Shown piece by piece: positions 1 to 10,377 of a stretch of DNA of 64,000 nt (within the stretch, counting starts at the first letter, position 1; every line of letters starts with the position of its first letter). A program made the translations under genes and the position numbers. Source of the DNA: Massalongia carnosa (Eukaryota); contig OZ287087.1 in the NCBI GenBank assembly GCA_965645245.1, positions 806,001-870,000 of the forward strand, given 5' to 3'. A model generated the notes under the pieces. It was not told the DNA's origin. It ran no database searches and saw nothing but the letters and a program-made list of their open reading frames with translations.

Positions 1-142
1 CCAGACTATCTTCTGTCAATCGTCCAGATCAACCGACAGATTATCGTCTAGGCCACCTTTTAATTATTACCCAGATCACCTTCTGCCAATCACTCAGACC
101 CTCTTTGACTACTATTTATATCATCTTTTGTCCATCACTCAT
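1..142. repeat. Degenerate satellite (CCAGACCACCTTTTGTCCA-like units), left part; interrupted by the Gypsy at 143
   Basis: Repeated CCAGA(C/T)...CTTTT(G/A) motifs; the same array resumes at 6515. Confidence 0.8.
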
Positions 143-445
143 TGTCAGGCAGCTTGCCCTGATATTATTCAGTAGCTATGAACTAGAATTTAACTACAAG
201 GAAGGAAAGAAAAGAATAATCATCGCTGAACTCCTAAACATAATCTACCGTGGGTGCGCTAGCCAGTCAAGCGACGCGCGCTACTGCTTAGGCGAGTCAC
301 GCTGTCCCGTGACCACCAGAGCATGTCGGGCCAGGCCAGGACCCTGACACTACCCCCCTTCTATGGACGACGTCTCGGAGTCGTGAATAATCCGCTCCGT
401 TCAACCAATTCTTGACTAAAGAAACGAATAATCCCTTTTTCAAAG

Positions 446-3400
446 CTAAGCCTCATCGGGTCCATCTACGGTTTCCGTAGATGGTCTGACGTTATCGATC
501 GTCTGATCCATCCCTGTGATGTCCTCTGGCGCCTTCGGTTTTCGAGGATGTTCTCTATGATATTGCAGAACCTTTTCGATAGACTTTCTGAAGTCGGTCC
601 ATGGTTGCCAAGGTGGGTCAGCGTTCCATTCGTCCCAATTTCCAATATATGTAGCCTTATACTGTACCCCAAATTTCCTTGTCTCTCGACAGTCCACTAT
701 CTCTAAGATTTCCCACTCTTCATGTGTTGCCTCCTTATCGTTCTCGGTGATCAAGACAGGTGGGCCGGGAGGCAGTACTTGCCCTGAGAACGGATTGGAC
801 GGAGCAAGATGCAACTTCCATGGATGAAATATTGGGGTGAGTCCCACATTCTTTAAATGCTGTGGTATGTCAAGCTCATATGCCTTGTTATCGATTATCC
901 TAACAATTTTCCAGGGACCAACGTTTTTAAACCCGAGGGAACGACTTGGACGCTCTGATGCGAAATGTTTAGCATTAACGTACACTAAATCGCCCACTTT
1001 GTATTCTGGGTGCGGTTGACGATCTTTGTTAGCATGTCGTGTTTGTTCTTCCTGGGCCCATGTTAGCTGATTTCTTAACCATTCTCGCATTGCTTCCTGG
1101 CGAGCGACTATTTTGTCAGCATGAAGTATCTCGGCTTTTCCCTTTTCTTCATATGTTCCTGGAGGCTCTATTCCCGAACGAGGATGAAAGCCGTGATCTG
1201 CGAAAAATGGTGTCATTCCTGTCGAAACGTTAACATGATTGTTGACGGCGAACTCGGCATCTGAAAGATAGTCGACCCAGTTGTCCTGAGCATAATTGAT
1301 GTATGATCGAAGGTAGTTCTTAATTACTTTATTTGCATTCTCAGTTTGACCATCCGTTTCTGGATGATGCGCTGAAGAGAACTTTATCTTTACTCCGTAT
1401 CTTTCACAAATTCTTTTCCACAGATGAGCAGTCAGCTGACTGCCTCGATGGTTTACCGTTGACAATGGAAAGCCATACAAGGAGAAGAGTCGTCGAGACA
1501 TGGCGTCCATTAATTCGTCGGTGGAGAGTGACGTAAGCGGTTCGTATAATCGTCTTTTTGTTAGACGGTCTACTATCACTAATATGTGTTGATACACTCT
1601 ATTCCTTCGCCGACATTCCGGCAAAAACTCCACAAAATCTAAAGAGACGTCTGTCCATTTTCTGTTCGGTATGGGTAGAGGATTCAGTAAGCCCTGTTTC
1701 TTGACATTGTATGATTTTGACCTTCGACAAATGGAGCAGTTCACTGCGTATCTTTTGCAGTGATCCTTCATGTCGAACCAGAAGTAGTTTTCCATCAGTG
1801 ACTGATACATGCTTTTATATCCCGGGTGTCCTTGCAGAGGAGGTTCGTGATGTTTCTGCAACAGGCATAATTGAAGGGGTTCATGATCTGGGACATACAG
1901 CCTATCTTTGACATATAGTCTTTCATCTTTCACTTTGAGATCTCCCATGGCTAATTTGATCCCTTTCTTTATAAGATGCGATGGAAGCTTGCGAAGTTCT
2001 CGTGTTTTGGCAGCGATTATGTCTTGAACTACTTCATCTTTTTCATAAGCTTCTTCAATTAGTTCTTCTAGAGGTTTCGCTGATGGATCTTCTTCCGAAT
2101 CGTCGCCTAGTTCTTTCACCGGATTTTCATTTAAAATCTGACCCTGAGCCTCTTCATCGTCCTCGATGGCCAGAGGTTCCTTAGCTTCTTCGTCAGTGTC
2201 ATTTGTTCTAGTGTTTGCACAGAAGATCACTGATAAAGCCTTCTTTACGTCATCGTCTAGTTGATGCTCCTGTAGCAATGTCTGGAATTGATGTTGTTGT
2301 CGAGAGTCGTCAAACCCTTTTGGAAGATCTTGAGAACGTCGAGTAAGTGTGTGCGGCTTTTCGCCTTGTCTGCCCGGTCGATACATGATTTTGAAATTGA
2401 ACTCCGAAAGGAATTCAGCCCATCGGGCCTGTCTGCGGTTCAGTTGCTTTGTCGTCATAAAGTGTTCCAGGTTTTTATGATCAGTATAAACTTTGATTGG
2501 CTGGTCAGGCGCAGCACTTGCTGCCTCGGGCCGCCAGACCTCGAAGCTCTTTATGATAGCGAGGAGTTCCTTATCATATACCATGTAATTACATTCGGCC
2601 GGTGTCATCTTCTTGGAGAAATATGCTACCGGTTTGAGCACTCCGTCATTCATCTGAGATAAGACTCCGGCAGTGACGAAATCCGAAAAGTCTGTTTCTA
2701 TCCATATCTCTAGAGAAGGATCATAGTGCGCTAACACTGGTGCAGTAGTGAAGGCCTCTTTCAAATCTTCGAAAGCTTTTTTACAGTCTTCGGTCCAGAT
2801 GAACACGTTATATCGGGTTCTCTTCTTGCCCGACTTGGTCGTTATTTGTTCTCCTTTTGTTAATTCCGTCAGAGACCTTGTAAGCTGAGAGAACTTTGAT
2901 ATGAATCGTCGATAGAAGTTTGCAAAGCCTAAAAAAGCTTGCACGTCCTTCACGGACTCCGGAGTTTCCCATTTCAAAATCGCTTCAATCTTCTCGGAAT
3001 CCATTTGTATTCCTTCAGTGGTGACTATAAGTCCGAGGTACTTTACTTTAGTCACCGAGAATTCACATTTGTCAATGTCAACTTGGAGTCCTCGTTCCCC
3101 CAAGCGTTTAAGAACCTTCAAGACGTGATCTGAATGTTCTTCCTCATTATCACTGTAGATCAAGACGTCATCCAGATAAGCAGTACAAAAGACGTCTAAA
3201 TATTCCCGAACCGAATTATTTATATAACTCTGAAAAGTCCCTGGAGCATTGCATAAACCGAAAGGCATGACCAGATATTCGAACTGGCCATATCTTGTGT
3301 TAAAAGCGGTAAGCCATTCATGTCCTTCTTTTACTCGAAGACGATTGAATGCCGTAATAACGTCTAGTTTCGTGAAGCGTTTTGCCTGCGAGAGTTTTCC

Positions 3401-4054
3401 GAGCGTCTCGTTAATTAGGGGAATAGGATATCGATTCTTTACTGTGATGGCATTCAAGGCTCGATAGTCCAAACAAAATCTCAGTCCACCACCTGGTTTT
3501 CGAACTAGAAGGACTGGAGCAGCTGCTGTCGACGAACTGGGACGAATGAATCCCTTTCCCATATGTTCGTCAATATACTTCTTGACAGCTTCCAACTCCT
3601 GTTCTGACATAGGCTTATAGTTCCTGACATAAGGGGGTTCTTTTCCGTCCATGAGGTTGATCTCGTGATCCTCCTTACGATGTTCCGGTAGTTCGTCTGC
3701 TTTATGCTTCATAAAGACTTCTATCATGCTATGATACTCTGAGGGAATTTTCTTCAACAATTCTTCGCGGGAGTACTCGGGTTTGCCTTTCATAAACTTG
3801 TCGTAATCCTTTGAGGTGACGGCCCCAGTGGTTGTGGCACAGAAGGTCTTATGTTCTCGGGGAGTCCATAAGTATCCCTCGTGATCTTTCTTCCTAACCA
3901 TCCGAAAGAAATGTTTCGCATTGACCGGAAGGACTTCGATATCGTCTTTTGTTCCGATCCTATTCTTTGCCCTACTTCCAACAGCAAATTCGGTGCAGGT
4001 TATTCCACGCGAAAGGCATCCCATTTCCAAGCAATCGGCAGAGTTAAACTTCAT
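446..4054 (-). CDS. pol: E1 Pol: RT, RNase H, integrase, C-terminal chromodomain
   Basis: YLDD RT motif, ETD..DKELLA RNase H, HH..CC zinc finger, SLDF/HPETDGQTE integrase, EEWEILEIVD...WQP chromodomain-like tail; separated from the protease by one in-frame TAA (4121-4123). Confidence 0.95.
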   Translation of the reverse strand: MKFNSADCLEMGCLSRGITCTEFAVGSRAKNRIGTKDDIEVLPVNAKHFFRMVRKKDHEGYLWTPREHKTFCATTTGAVTSKDYDKFMKGKPEYSREELLKKIPSEYHSMIEVFMKHKADELPEHRKEDHEINLMDGKEPPYVRNYKPMSEQELEAVKKYIDEHMGKGFIRPSSSTAAAPVLLVRKPGGGLRFCLDYRALNAITVKNRYPIPLINETLGKLSQAKRFTKLDVITAFNRLRVKEGHEWLTAFNTRYGQFEYLVMPFGLCNAPGTFQSYINNSVREYLDVFCTAYLDDVLIYSDNEEEHSDHVLKVLKRLGERGLQVDIDKCEFSVTKVKYLGLIVTTEGIQMDSEKIEAILKWETPESVKDVQAFLGFANFYRRFISKFSQLTRSLTELTKGEQITTKSGKKRTRYNVFIWTEDCKKAFEDLKEAFTTAPVLAHYDPSLEIWIETDFSDFVTAGVLSQMNDGVLKPVAYFSKKMTPAECNYMVYDKELLAIIKSFEVWRPEAASAAPDQPIKVYTDHKNLEHFMTTKQLNRRQARWAEFLSEFNFKIMYRPGRQGEKPHTLTRRSQDLPKGFDDSRQQHQFQTLLQEHQLDDDVKKALSVIFCANTRTNDTDEEAKEPLAIEDDEEAQGQILNENPVKELGDDSEEDPSAKPLEELIEEAYEKDEVVQDIIAAKTRELRKLPSHLIKKGIKLAMGDLKVKDERLYVKDRLYVPDHEPLQLCLLQKHHEPPLQGHPGYKSMYQSLMENYFWFDMKDHCKRYAVNCSICRRSKSYNVKKQGLLNPLPIPNRKWTDVSLDFVEFLPECRRRNRVYQHILVIVDRLTKRRLYEPLTSLSTDELMDAMSRRLFSLYGFPLSTVNHRGSQLTAHLWKRICERYGVKIKFSSAHHPETDGQTENANKVIKNYLRSYINYAQDNWVDYLSDAEFAVNNHVNVSTGMTPFFADHGFHPRSGIEPPGTYEEKGKAEILHADKIVARQEAMREWLRNQLTWAQEEQTRHANKDRQPHPEYKVGDLVYVNAKHFASERPSRSLGFKNVGPWKIVRIIDNKAYELDIPQHLKNVGLTPIFHPWKLHLAPSNPFSGQVLPPGPPVLITENDKEATHEEWEILEIVDCRETRKFGVQYKATYIGNWDEWNADPPWQPWTDFRKSIEKVLQYHREHPRKPKAPEDITGMDQTIDNVRPSTETVDGPDEA

Positions 4055-4120
4055 AATTCGCTCTTTCCAGTCAATGCTGGGGTTGTGAGTTTGTAGCCAA
4101 CCATCTCCTAGAATAACCGC

Positions 4121-4517
4121 TTACACGTCCAGTTTTGCTACATAGCAAAGGACTTGTTCTTGATGATCCCCGATTTTGACGTCGACTAGGGCGGTCCTCG
4201 TGAGAAGTTGGGCAACCTCTCCGTTTCCAAGGGTCAGTTTAACCCCCGTTTCTAATTTGGAGGTGTTCAGATTATTTACACGCGCGAAGGATTCATCAAT
4301 GAGCTCAGCCTCACTTCCATTATCAACAAGTAAACGAGTTTTAATTCCAGCTATGCTAGTTTTAAATACTAGATGCTTGCCCTCGATCTTCTTTTCAGTA
4401 TCGAGAACAGCACAACTAGAGACCCTTACTGTCTTCATTTCAGCGCTACCAATCTCACAAATGACATCTTTCTTAAGACGTCCTTGATCGCGATTTTGAT
4501 CAAGGACTAAGCTTTTC
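4121..4517 (-). pseudogene. E1 aspartic protease region in the -1 frame relative to gag, ending in a premature TAA
   Basis: LVDNGS active-site motif; frame open from GGG AAA AGC TTA... and continues in frame into pol after the TAA. Confidence 0.85.
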
Positions 4518-6111
4518 CCGACTCGGAGTCAGAGTCTATCTCAACAATTCTTGTAGTGTTAAGCTTCTTTTCTTTAAATTGAGGGCAGATCGAGTCGTTT
4601 CCTCGATGACCTGACCCCCGACATGCCCAACAGCGTCCCTGACGCGACAATGTCTCTCGCTCTTCCTTCTCCAACTTTTTGGGGTTGGGGTCAGGATCGT
4701 ACCAAACCCCTATCCAACCAGCGGGTTTGACTATCGTGGCGCTGAACTTGGAGTTTGGATGATCACCCGACTTCTTCTCTTTTGCACTCGATTGACGAGA
4801 ATCGGAAATGGAGGTTTGTCCACTCGAGGACTTGCCTTCGCGACCAGAGTTCTTTGACGGACCAGACTTCTCTGGCCGAGGAAAGTAGTGAGCGACATCC
4901 TTGCGTCGATCTTCGATTCTCCTAGCTTCGTCGAGCAAGGGACGAAAGTCGGTGAAAACTGAACCCATCAGTGAATTAGAGATGCTTGGCTTCAATGTTA
5001 CAAGAAACTTCTCTATCCTCTCGTCGATGGGGGTTTTGGCCTTTTGCCAAAGCTTAAAAATTCGATGATAGTACTCGCTTACACTTTCACCACTTTTCAT
5101 TGTGATGGTGATGAGTTCTTTCTTGGCATCTCGACTCTGGAGATGTATGCCCATATAATGTTCGATCTCGTCGAACAGAGCGTCAATGGTGAGAGAGTCG
5201 CCCATGTCGACGACCCAGGAGTGCATAGCCCCAAAAATAGGCGCTTCCATTTGCGAGAGAGCATAACTGACCTTTTCGCCCTCGTTGGCGTAAAGCGGAG
5301 AATCGGTCTTAAGCTTGTTTCGGAGTGAGTATTGCCAAGGACTATATTCCTCAGCGTCTTCGCCTTTCAGAGGCTTGCTGGGGTGAATGCCACGTGGACG
5401 CCAGTTCTGGGGATTTATAGTGGTGCTCTGGGTTGTAGCAGTGTCCTCCCGTTGGCCACGAGAGGAGTCGGAAGCTGCTAGCCGTCGCTCAAGATTCTCC
5501 TTCTCTTTCTGTAAGTCCTGTTGGGCCTGGAGGGCTTCTTCCAACTCAATTTCTTTATGCGAAAGCTCTTCCTGAGCAAGAAGGATTTGGCGTTCGTCTT
5601 CATCCTTTTCGTCAGCGAAACGGTCATTAATCTACTTATATTGTTCTAAATGCTTCTTGGTCTTGATAAGCTTCTCATGAAGCCCGAAGCTTTTTTCGTA
5701 CAGTGTTTTGTCATAGGGAATTGCTCTGGACAAAAACTCATACCAACGAGGACCTTCGTTCTCGTCTAGGACGGCATTTCGGAAGTCTTCTAGGTTGCGA
5801 ATTTTGTATCGTGCGGGATGTTTCCGAGTTTCTCGTTCGTAGTATGGATGTTCCGAGATGTCAATCTCGCGAGCCCCTTCCTTCTCATTTCCTGACCCAG
5901 CCTTCGGGGTCTTTTCTAGTGTGCATTCTGTCTCGTCTCCCATCTGCTCACCGGGTGTAAGCTCGGAGTCTTCGAACGTCCCTGGCATACTATCAGAGCG
6001 AGCCGAATGACAGGACATGGAACGGGCGCGAGTGTTAAAAGCAGGGCCTGCTTGAGCGTCTTCGCGAGGAGCGCCGGCCTTTCGAGCAGTCAGGGGAGTT
6101 TTCGAACTCAT
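4507..6111 (-). pseudogene. gag: E1 Gag with a single in-frame TAG (5632-5634)
   Basis: ORFs 5632-6111 and 4507-5544 share a frame; CWACRGSGH..C knuckle; homologous to E2 gag, which has Gln at the stop position. Confidence 0.88.
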
Positions 6112-6514
6112 GACTGTGTTCTGGAGGTGAAAGAGCTCTGTCTTTCGATTCTGGAAGTTCTAAAGGTTCTGGAGTGAGGACCAGCTCGAATTCTCACGAG
6201 TGATCGTTCTGGAAAGCTAAAGGAGCAGGTCGTTGTCCCTTTCTAAATGTGCTGAAAGTTCTAGAAGACTGGAAGAGTACTAATAAGCATTAAAGGTAGT
6301 TAAATTATGTCAGGCAGCTTGCCCTGATATTATTCAGTAGCTATGAACTAGAATTTAACTACAAGGAAGGAAAGAAAAGAATAATCATCGCTGAACTCCT
6401 AAACATAATCTACCGTGGGTGCGCTAGCCAGTCAAGCGACGCGCGCTACTGCTTAGGCGAGTCACGCTGTCCCGTGACCACCAGAGCATGTCGGGTCAGG
6501 CCAGGACCCTGACA

Positions 6515-7500
6515 CTCATATCATCTATTGACCAAAGTTCATATCATCTTTTGTCCACCTGCAAGACCAACTTTTGACCATCACTCAGACCACCTTTTGA
6601 TTACTATTAAGACTCTTTTTCCACCTCCTATATCATCTTTTGTCCACCTCTCAGATCATCTTTTGTTCACCCGTCAGATTATCTTTTGTCTACCTTTTAA
6701 ATCATCTTTTGTCTATCGTCCATATCATCTTTTGTCAATCGTCTATATCATCCTTTGTTCATCGTCTTGACCAACTTCTGATCATCATCCAGACCATCTT
6801 TTGTCCACCACTAATAATATTTTTTTCACCTGTCAGGCCAACTTTTGTTAATCACCCAGATCACCTTTTCTCCATAGTCCAGACCACCTTTTGACCACCT
6901 TTTGACCACATTTTAACCACCTTTTGATCATCTTTTGTCTATCATCTAGACTACCTTTGTTCACTACTAATATTACCTTTTGTCTACCTGTCAGGCCATA
7001 TTTTGTCTATCTGCCAGACTATCTTTTGTCCACCCCTCATATCACCTTTTAATCATTGTCCAGACAACCTGCCAGACCACCCTTTGTCCACATGTCAGAC
7101 CACCTTTTGTCCATTCCTCATATCAAATTTTGCTCATAATCCAGACCACCTACCAGACCGCATTTTGTCTATCTACCTTTTTTCTACCTGCCAGATCACC
7201 TTTTATCAACCGCTAATATCACCTTTTCTCCACCTGCTAGACCAACTTTTATCTATAACTTATATCACCTTTTGATTATCCTCCAGACCACCTGCCAGAC
7301 CACCTGCCCGACTAGCTTTTGTCTATTACCCAGCCACCCCGACCATCTTTTATCTATCACCCAGGCTACCTTTTATCTATCACCCAGACTACCCTTTGTC
7401 CACCTGCCAGACTAGTTTTTTCTATTACCCAGACCTCTTTTTTTCTATCACCCAGACCACCTTTTGCCTACCTGCCAGATAATCTTGTGTCCACTACTAA
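6515..7500. repeat. Degenerate satellite (CCAGACCACCTTTTGTCCACCTG-like), right part
   Basis: Dozens of imperfect roughly 11-24 bp units, strongly C/T-skewed. Confidence 0.85.
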
Positions 7501-8139
7501 AATCATTGAATAGTCCGTAACTAATGATAATTGAAATAAATTGTTAAATAGATAAACAGATGATAAAGTAAATAATGAAGTAGCAAACACGTTATCAAAA
7601 CAATAACAATGTTGACATAATCGGCACTAATCTACATCGAGTCAACGTTAAACCGAATCGAGGTTTTTTGCAAGTTCGTTAGACGGACGGATTTAGCGCG
7701 GTTTTCGGGAACATCAAAACATGAAAACCTCAAATAACGACCACCTCTCACGGCCTACAACGGGCGTAAAAGAACGTAGTTTTCGCGATACGGATTGATA
7801 TCAACAGGATCAGTTGATCTGCCAAGTTTTCCGAAGTAAAACGATGTAATACGGTGGAGGCAAGAGGAGAATTTTTGGTCATATCCGCACGACGTCCTCT
7901 ACGCATTATTACTACTTCAGTACTATATAGACGAGATAGTGCCATCTCAGAACTCAGATGTTTCGAATGAAAAAATCTAATTTAATACTACTTTTCATTT
8001 ACTTACTATTTGGCTTGTTATTTTTTCATGTGAATCTCAAAATATCTCTGATTTTTGCTCCGGACCTGCTCCGTTTCGCTCCGCAATGGCCCTGCGCAAT
8101 CTCCTCCTTGGCACCCGCCAAAGCATCTGTCAAAGTAAT

Positions 8140-9350
8140 CTTCCAAATAGTCTCCCATATAGCCTCTGCTGATTTTTTTAAGGCCCCACATCTAGCCCCT
8201 AAATAGCCTTTCAAATAGTCTCCCAGATAGCCTCCCAAAAGCCTCCCAATAAGCCTTTCAAATAGCCTCTCAAATAGCCTTTCAATTATCTCCCAAGTAT
8301 CTGTCAAATATCTCCTAAATAGCCTCCCAAATATTCCCCCAAGTTGCTACCAAATAGCCTCCCGAATAGTCTCCGCTGCTTTTCAGATAGCATCTCAAAT
8401 AACCTCCTAAATAGCCTTTCAAATAGCCTTGCATAAAGCCTCGTATAACGCCTCCTAAATAGCCTCCCAGATTGTCATGAAACGGCTTCGAACCAAAAGG
8501 ATCTGAGTCTTATCCGTAGTTGCCCCCTCTATCCTGTCCCTACCTACCGTACCGTAGGTTTATTGGAGCTACCGCAGGTTTATTAAAGCTACCGCAGGTT
8601 TATTAGACCTATCGCAGGTTTATTGGACCTAACGCAGGTTTATTGGCCTACCGCGGGTTCATTGGACCTACCGCGGTTTTATTGGACCTACCGCAGGTTC
8701 ATTAGACCTACCGCGGGTTTATTGGACATACCGCAGGTTCATTAGACCTATCACAGGTTCATTGGTCAGTGCGCGCTGTTCTAACCTTTCTCGATGCTGT
8801 AATATCGAGTACGGCTCCGCTTCCGATCTTCGAAACCATAATTACCCAGTCCCCATTAGGTATCTTCGTATTAACTTAGGAAAAGGAGATGAATAGGAGA
8901 TATCGAAGATCAAGGAAACAAAGGGGTAAGGAGGTGAGGAACAGATATAAAAGAAGGGGTCGAGTCTCGAAAGTTCTGGCTACTTGTCCGACGTCTTGAA
9001 TATCTAATCTAGCCTAGCTGTAGCTATAGATTCAGTCAATTAGAAAGCTTGACAATCCAATCCAGTCCCCTAATACAGATAATCTTTACCGCTTTCAAAT
9101 AGTCTCCCAAATAGTCTCCCAAATAGCCTCCCAAATAGCCTTCCAGATATTCTGCGCTGCTTTTCAAATAACTCTTCAAATAGCCTCCCAGATAGCTATC
9201 AAATAATCTCCCATATAGCCTCCCAAATAACTTTCCAATTAGCCTCCCAAATAGTCTCCCAGATATTCTCCGCTGCTTTTCAAATAGCCTTTCAAATAGT
9301 CTCCCAAATAGTTTCCCAAATAGCTATCAGATAACCTCTTGAATAGCCTC
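8140..9350. repeat. Degenerate 12-bp satellite (AAATAGCCTCCC), split by a solo LTR
   Basis: Units at about 8140-8472 and 9090-9350. Confidence 0.85.
8473..9075 (+). mobile_element. Solo LTR carrying an internal ~20-bp tandem array
   Basis: Starts TGTCATGAAA, ends CCTAATA (decayed ..CA), TSD CAGAT; array CTACCGCAGGTTTATTGGAC about 11 times at 8545-8765; ends resemble the LTR at 56230-56667 (reverse). Confidence 0.8.
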
Positions 9351-10377
9351 AATATCTATCTCCCCTGTTATCAATTTTCTTTTTCCGCCGCTTTTTGCAT
9401 AGCTTCTTTAGCTTTTTGGTCCCGTGCATCTTAAATTCGTCTATTTTCTCGAAGCTGTCGATAATGAGATACTCTAGAAGCGTAAAAATAATCGACTCCG
9501 TTTTCTCCCTTCCAACCCGATTTTCTATTATTTACCTATTATCGCAGCTATTTTCATCCTTGCCTTTTCACCGCAGCTCTTTTTACCGCTGAATATCAAC
9601 GTGAACTCGGTACAGGAATATTAACGGAAGATATTTGGACAAAGAAAATTGATAAAATTTTTGAATAGCGGTTGCAATTATGGTTATAATAGCTTGTTAA
9701 GCTCACTGTCTTATAATACGGATAGCGGGTAGTCTAATCTTCTCTGGGAACGGTTTAGGTTTAGCGTGCTTTGCCCTTTGGTGAAAAGACTGCTCTTTTC
9801 CTTTTAAATAGCTTTATAGTCAATGCGATCACCTGCAACCAGAGTCTCCTTTTAACTATGATATAGATAAGACTTGAGACAGACGAGCTTATAATTACGT
9901 TAAACGACATACAACACGATATGCACCGTAAACCCAATCGAGTCCGCGCTAAACCTCTTTTAAAGGATTTCAAAGAAAGTCTAATGCTTCGCGAAGAGAC
10001 CTCCTCCCCCTACCGCAAACGGGCGAAAAAAGCACACACGTTTCGAGATATCGACTAGGGTTGATATGATTAATAGGTTTGCAAAGTTTTACGATATCAT
10101 ACCATGAAATGCATGCTCGCAATGAGGTGCCTCTTTTTGGTCCTTTCCGTACGGCGTCCTCTCCGCATTATTTGATAATTTAGTACTGTTCCGCAAGCCG
10201 CGTTCCCTTTTTCGGGTTAAATCTAACCGCATGAGGTTGGATCTAACCAAATAAGGTAGAATTGCCCAACGTAGCAGGCTAACTACTTCAGTTCAATATA
10301 GATTTGACACGGGAGAGGGAGGATTAAAGTTGACAGAAATAGCAAAGGCACCAGGTAAACAGGCTGCTCGAACGTAG

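Larger units (their letters stand above)
143..6514 (-). mobile_element. Full-length Ty3/Gypsy chromovirus LTR retrotransposon (element E1)
   Basis: 207-bp LTRs 143-349 and 6308-6514 (TG..CA, one mismatch seen); 5-bp TSD CTCAT (138-142, 6515-6519); PPT AAGGGGGGTAG next to the 3' LTR; gag, PR, RT, RNase H, IN, chromodomain order. Confidence 0.97.

Noticed and set aside
6528..7513. Short ORFs in the CCAGACC satellite, and the ORF at 8026-8307
   Set aside because: By-products of low-complexity repeats; no recognisable domain
8545..8765. CRISPR-like array (also considered for 24378-24479 and 36080-36600)
   Set aside because: Head-to-tail repeats without unique spacers, no cas genes, and all lie inside eukaryotic LTR elements
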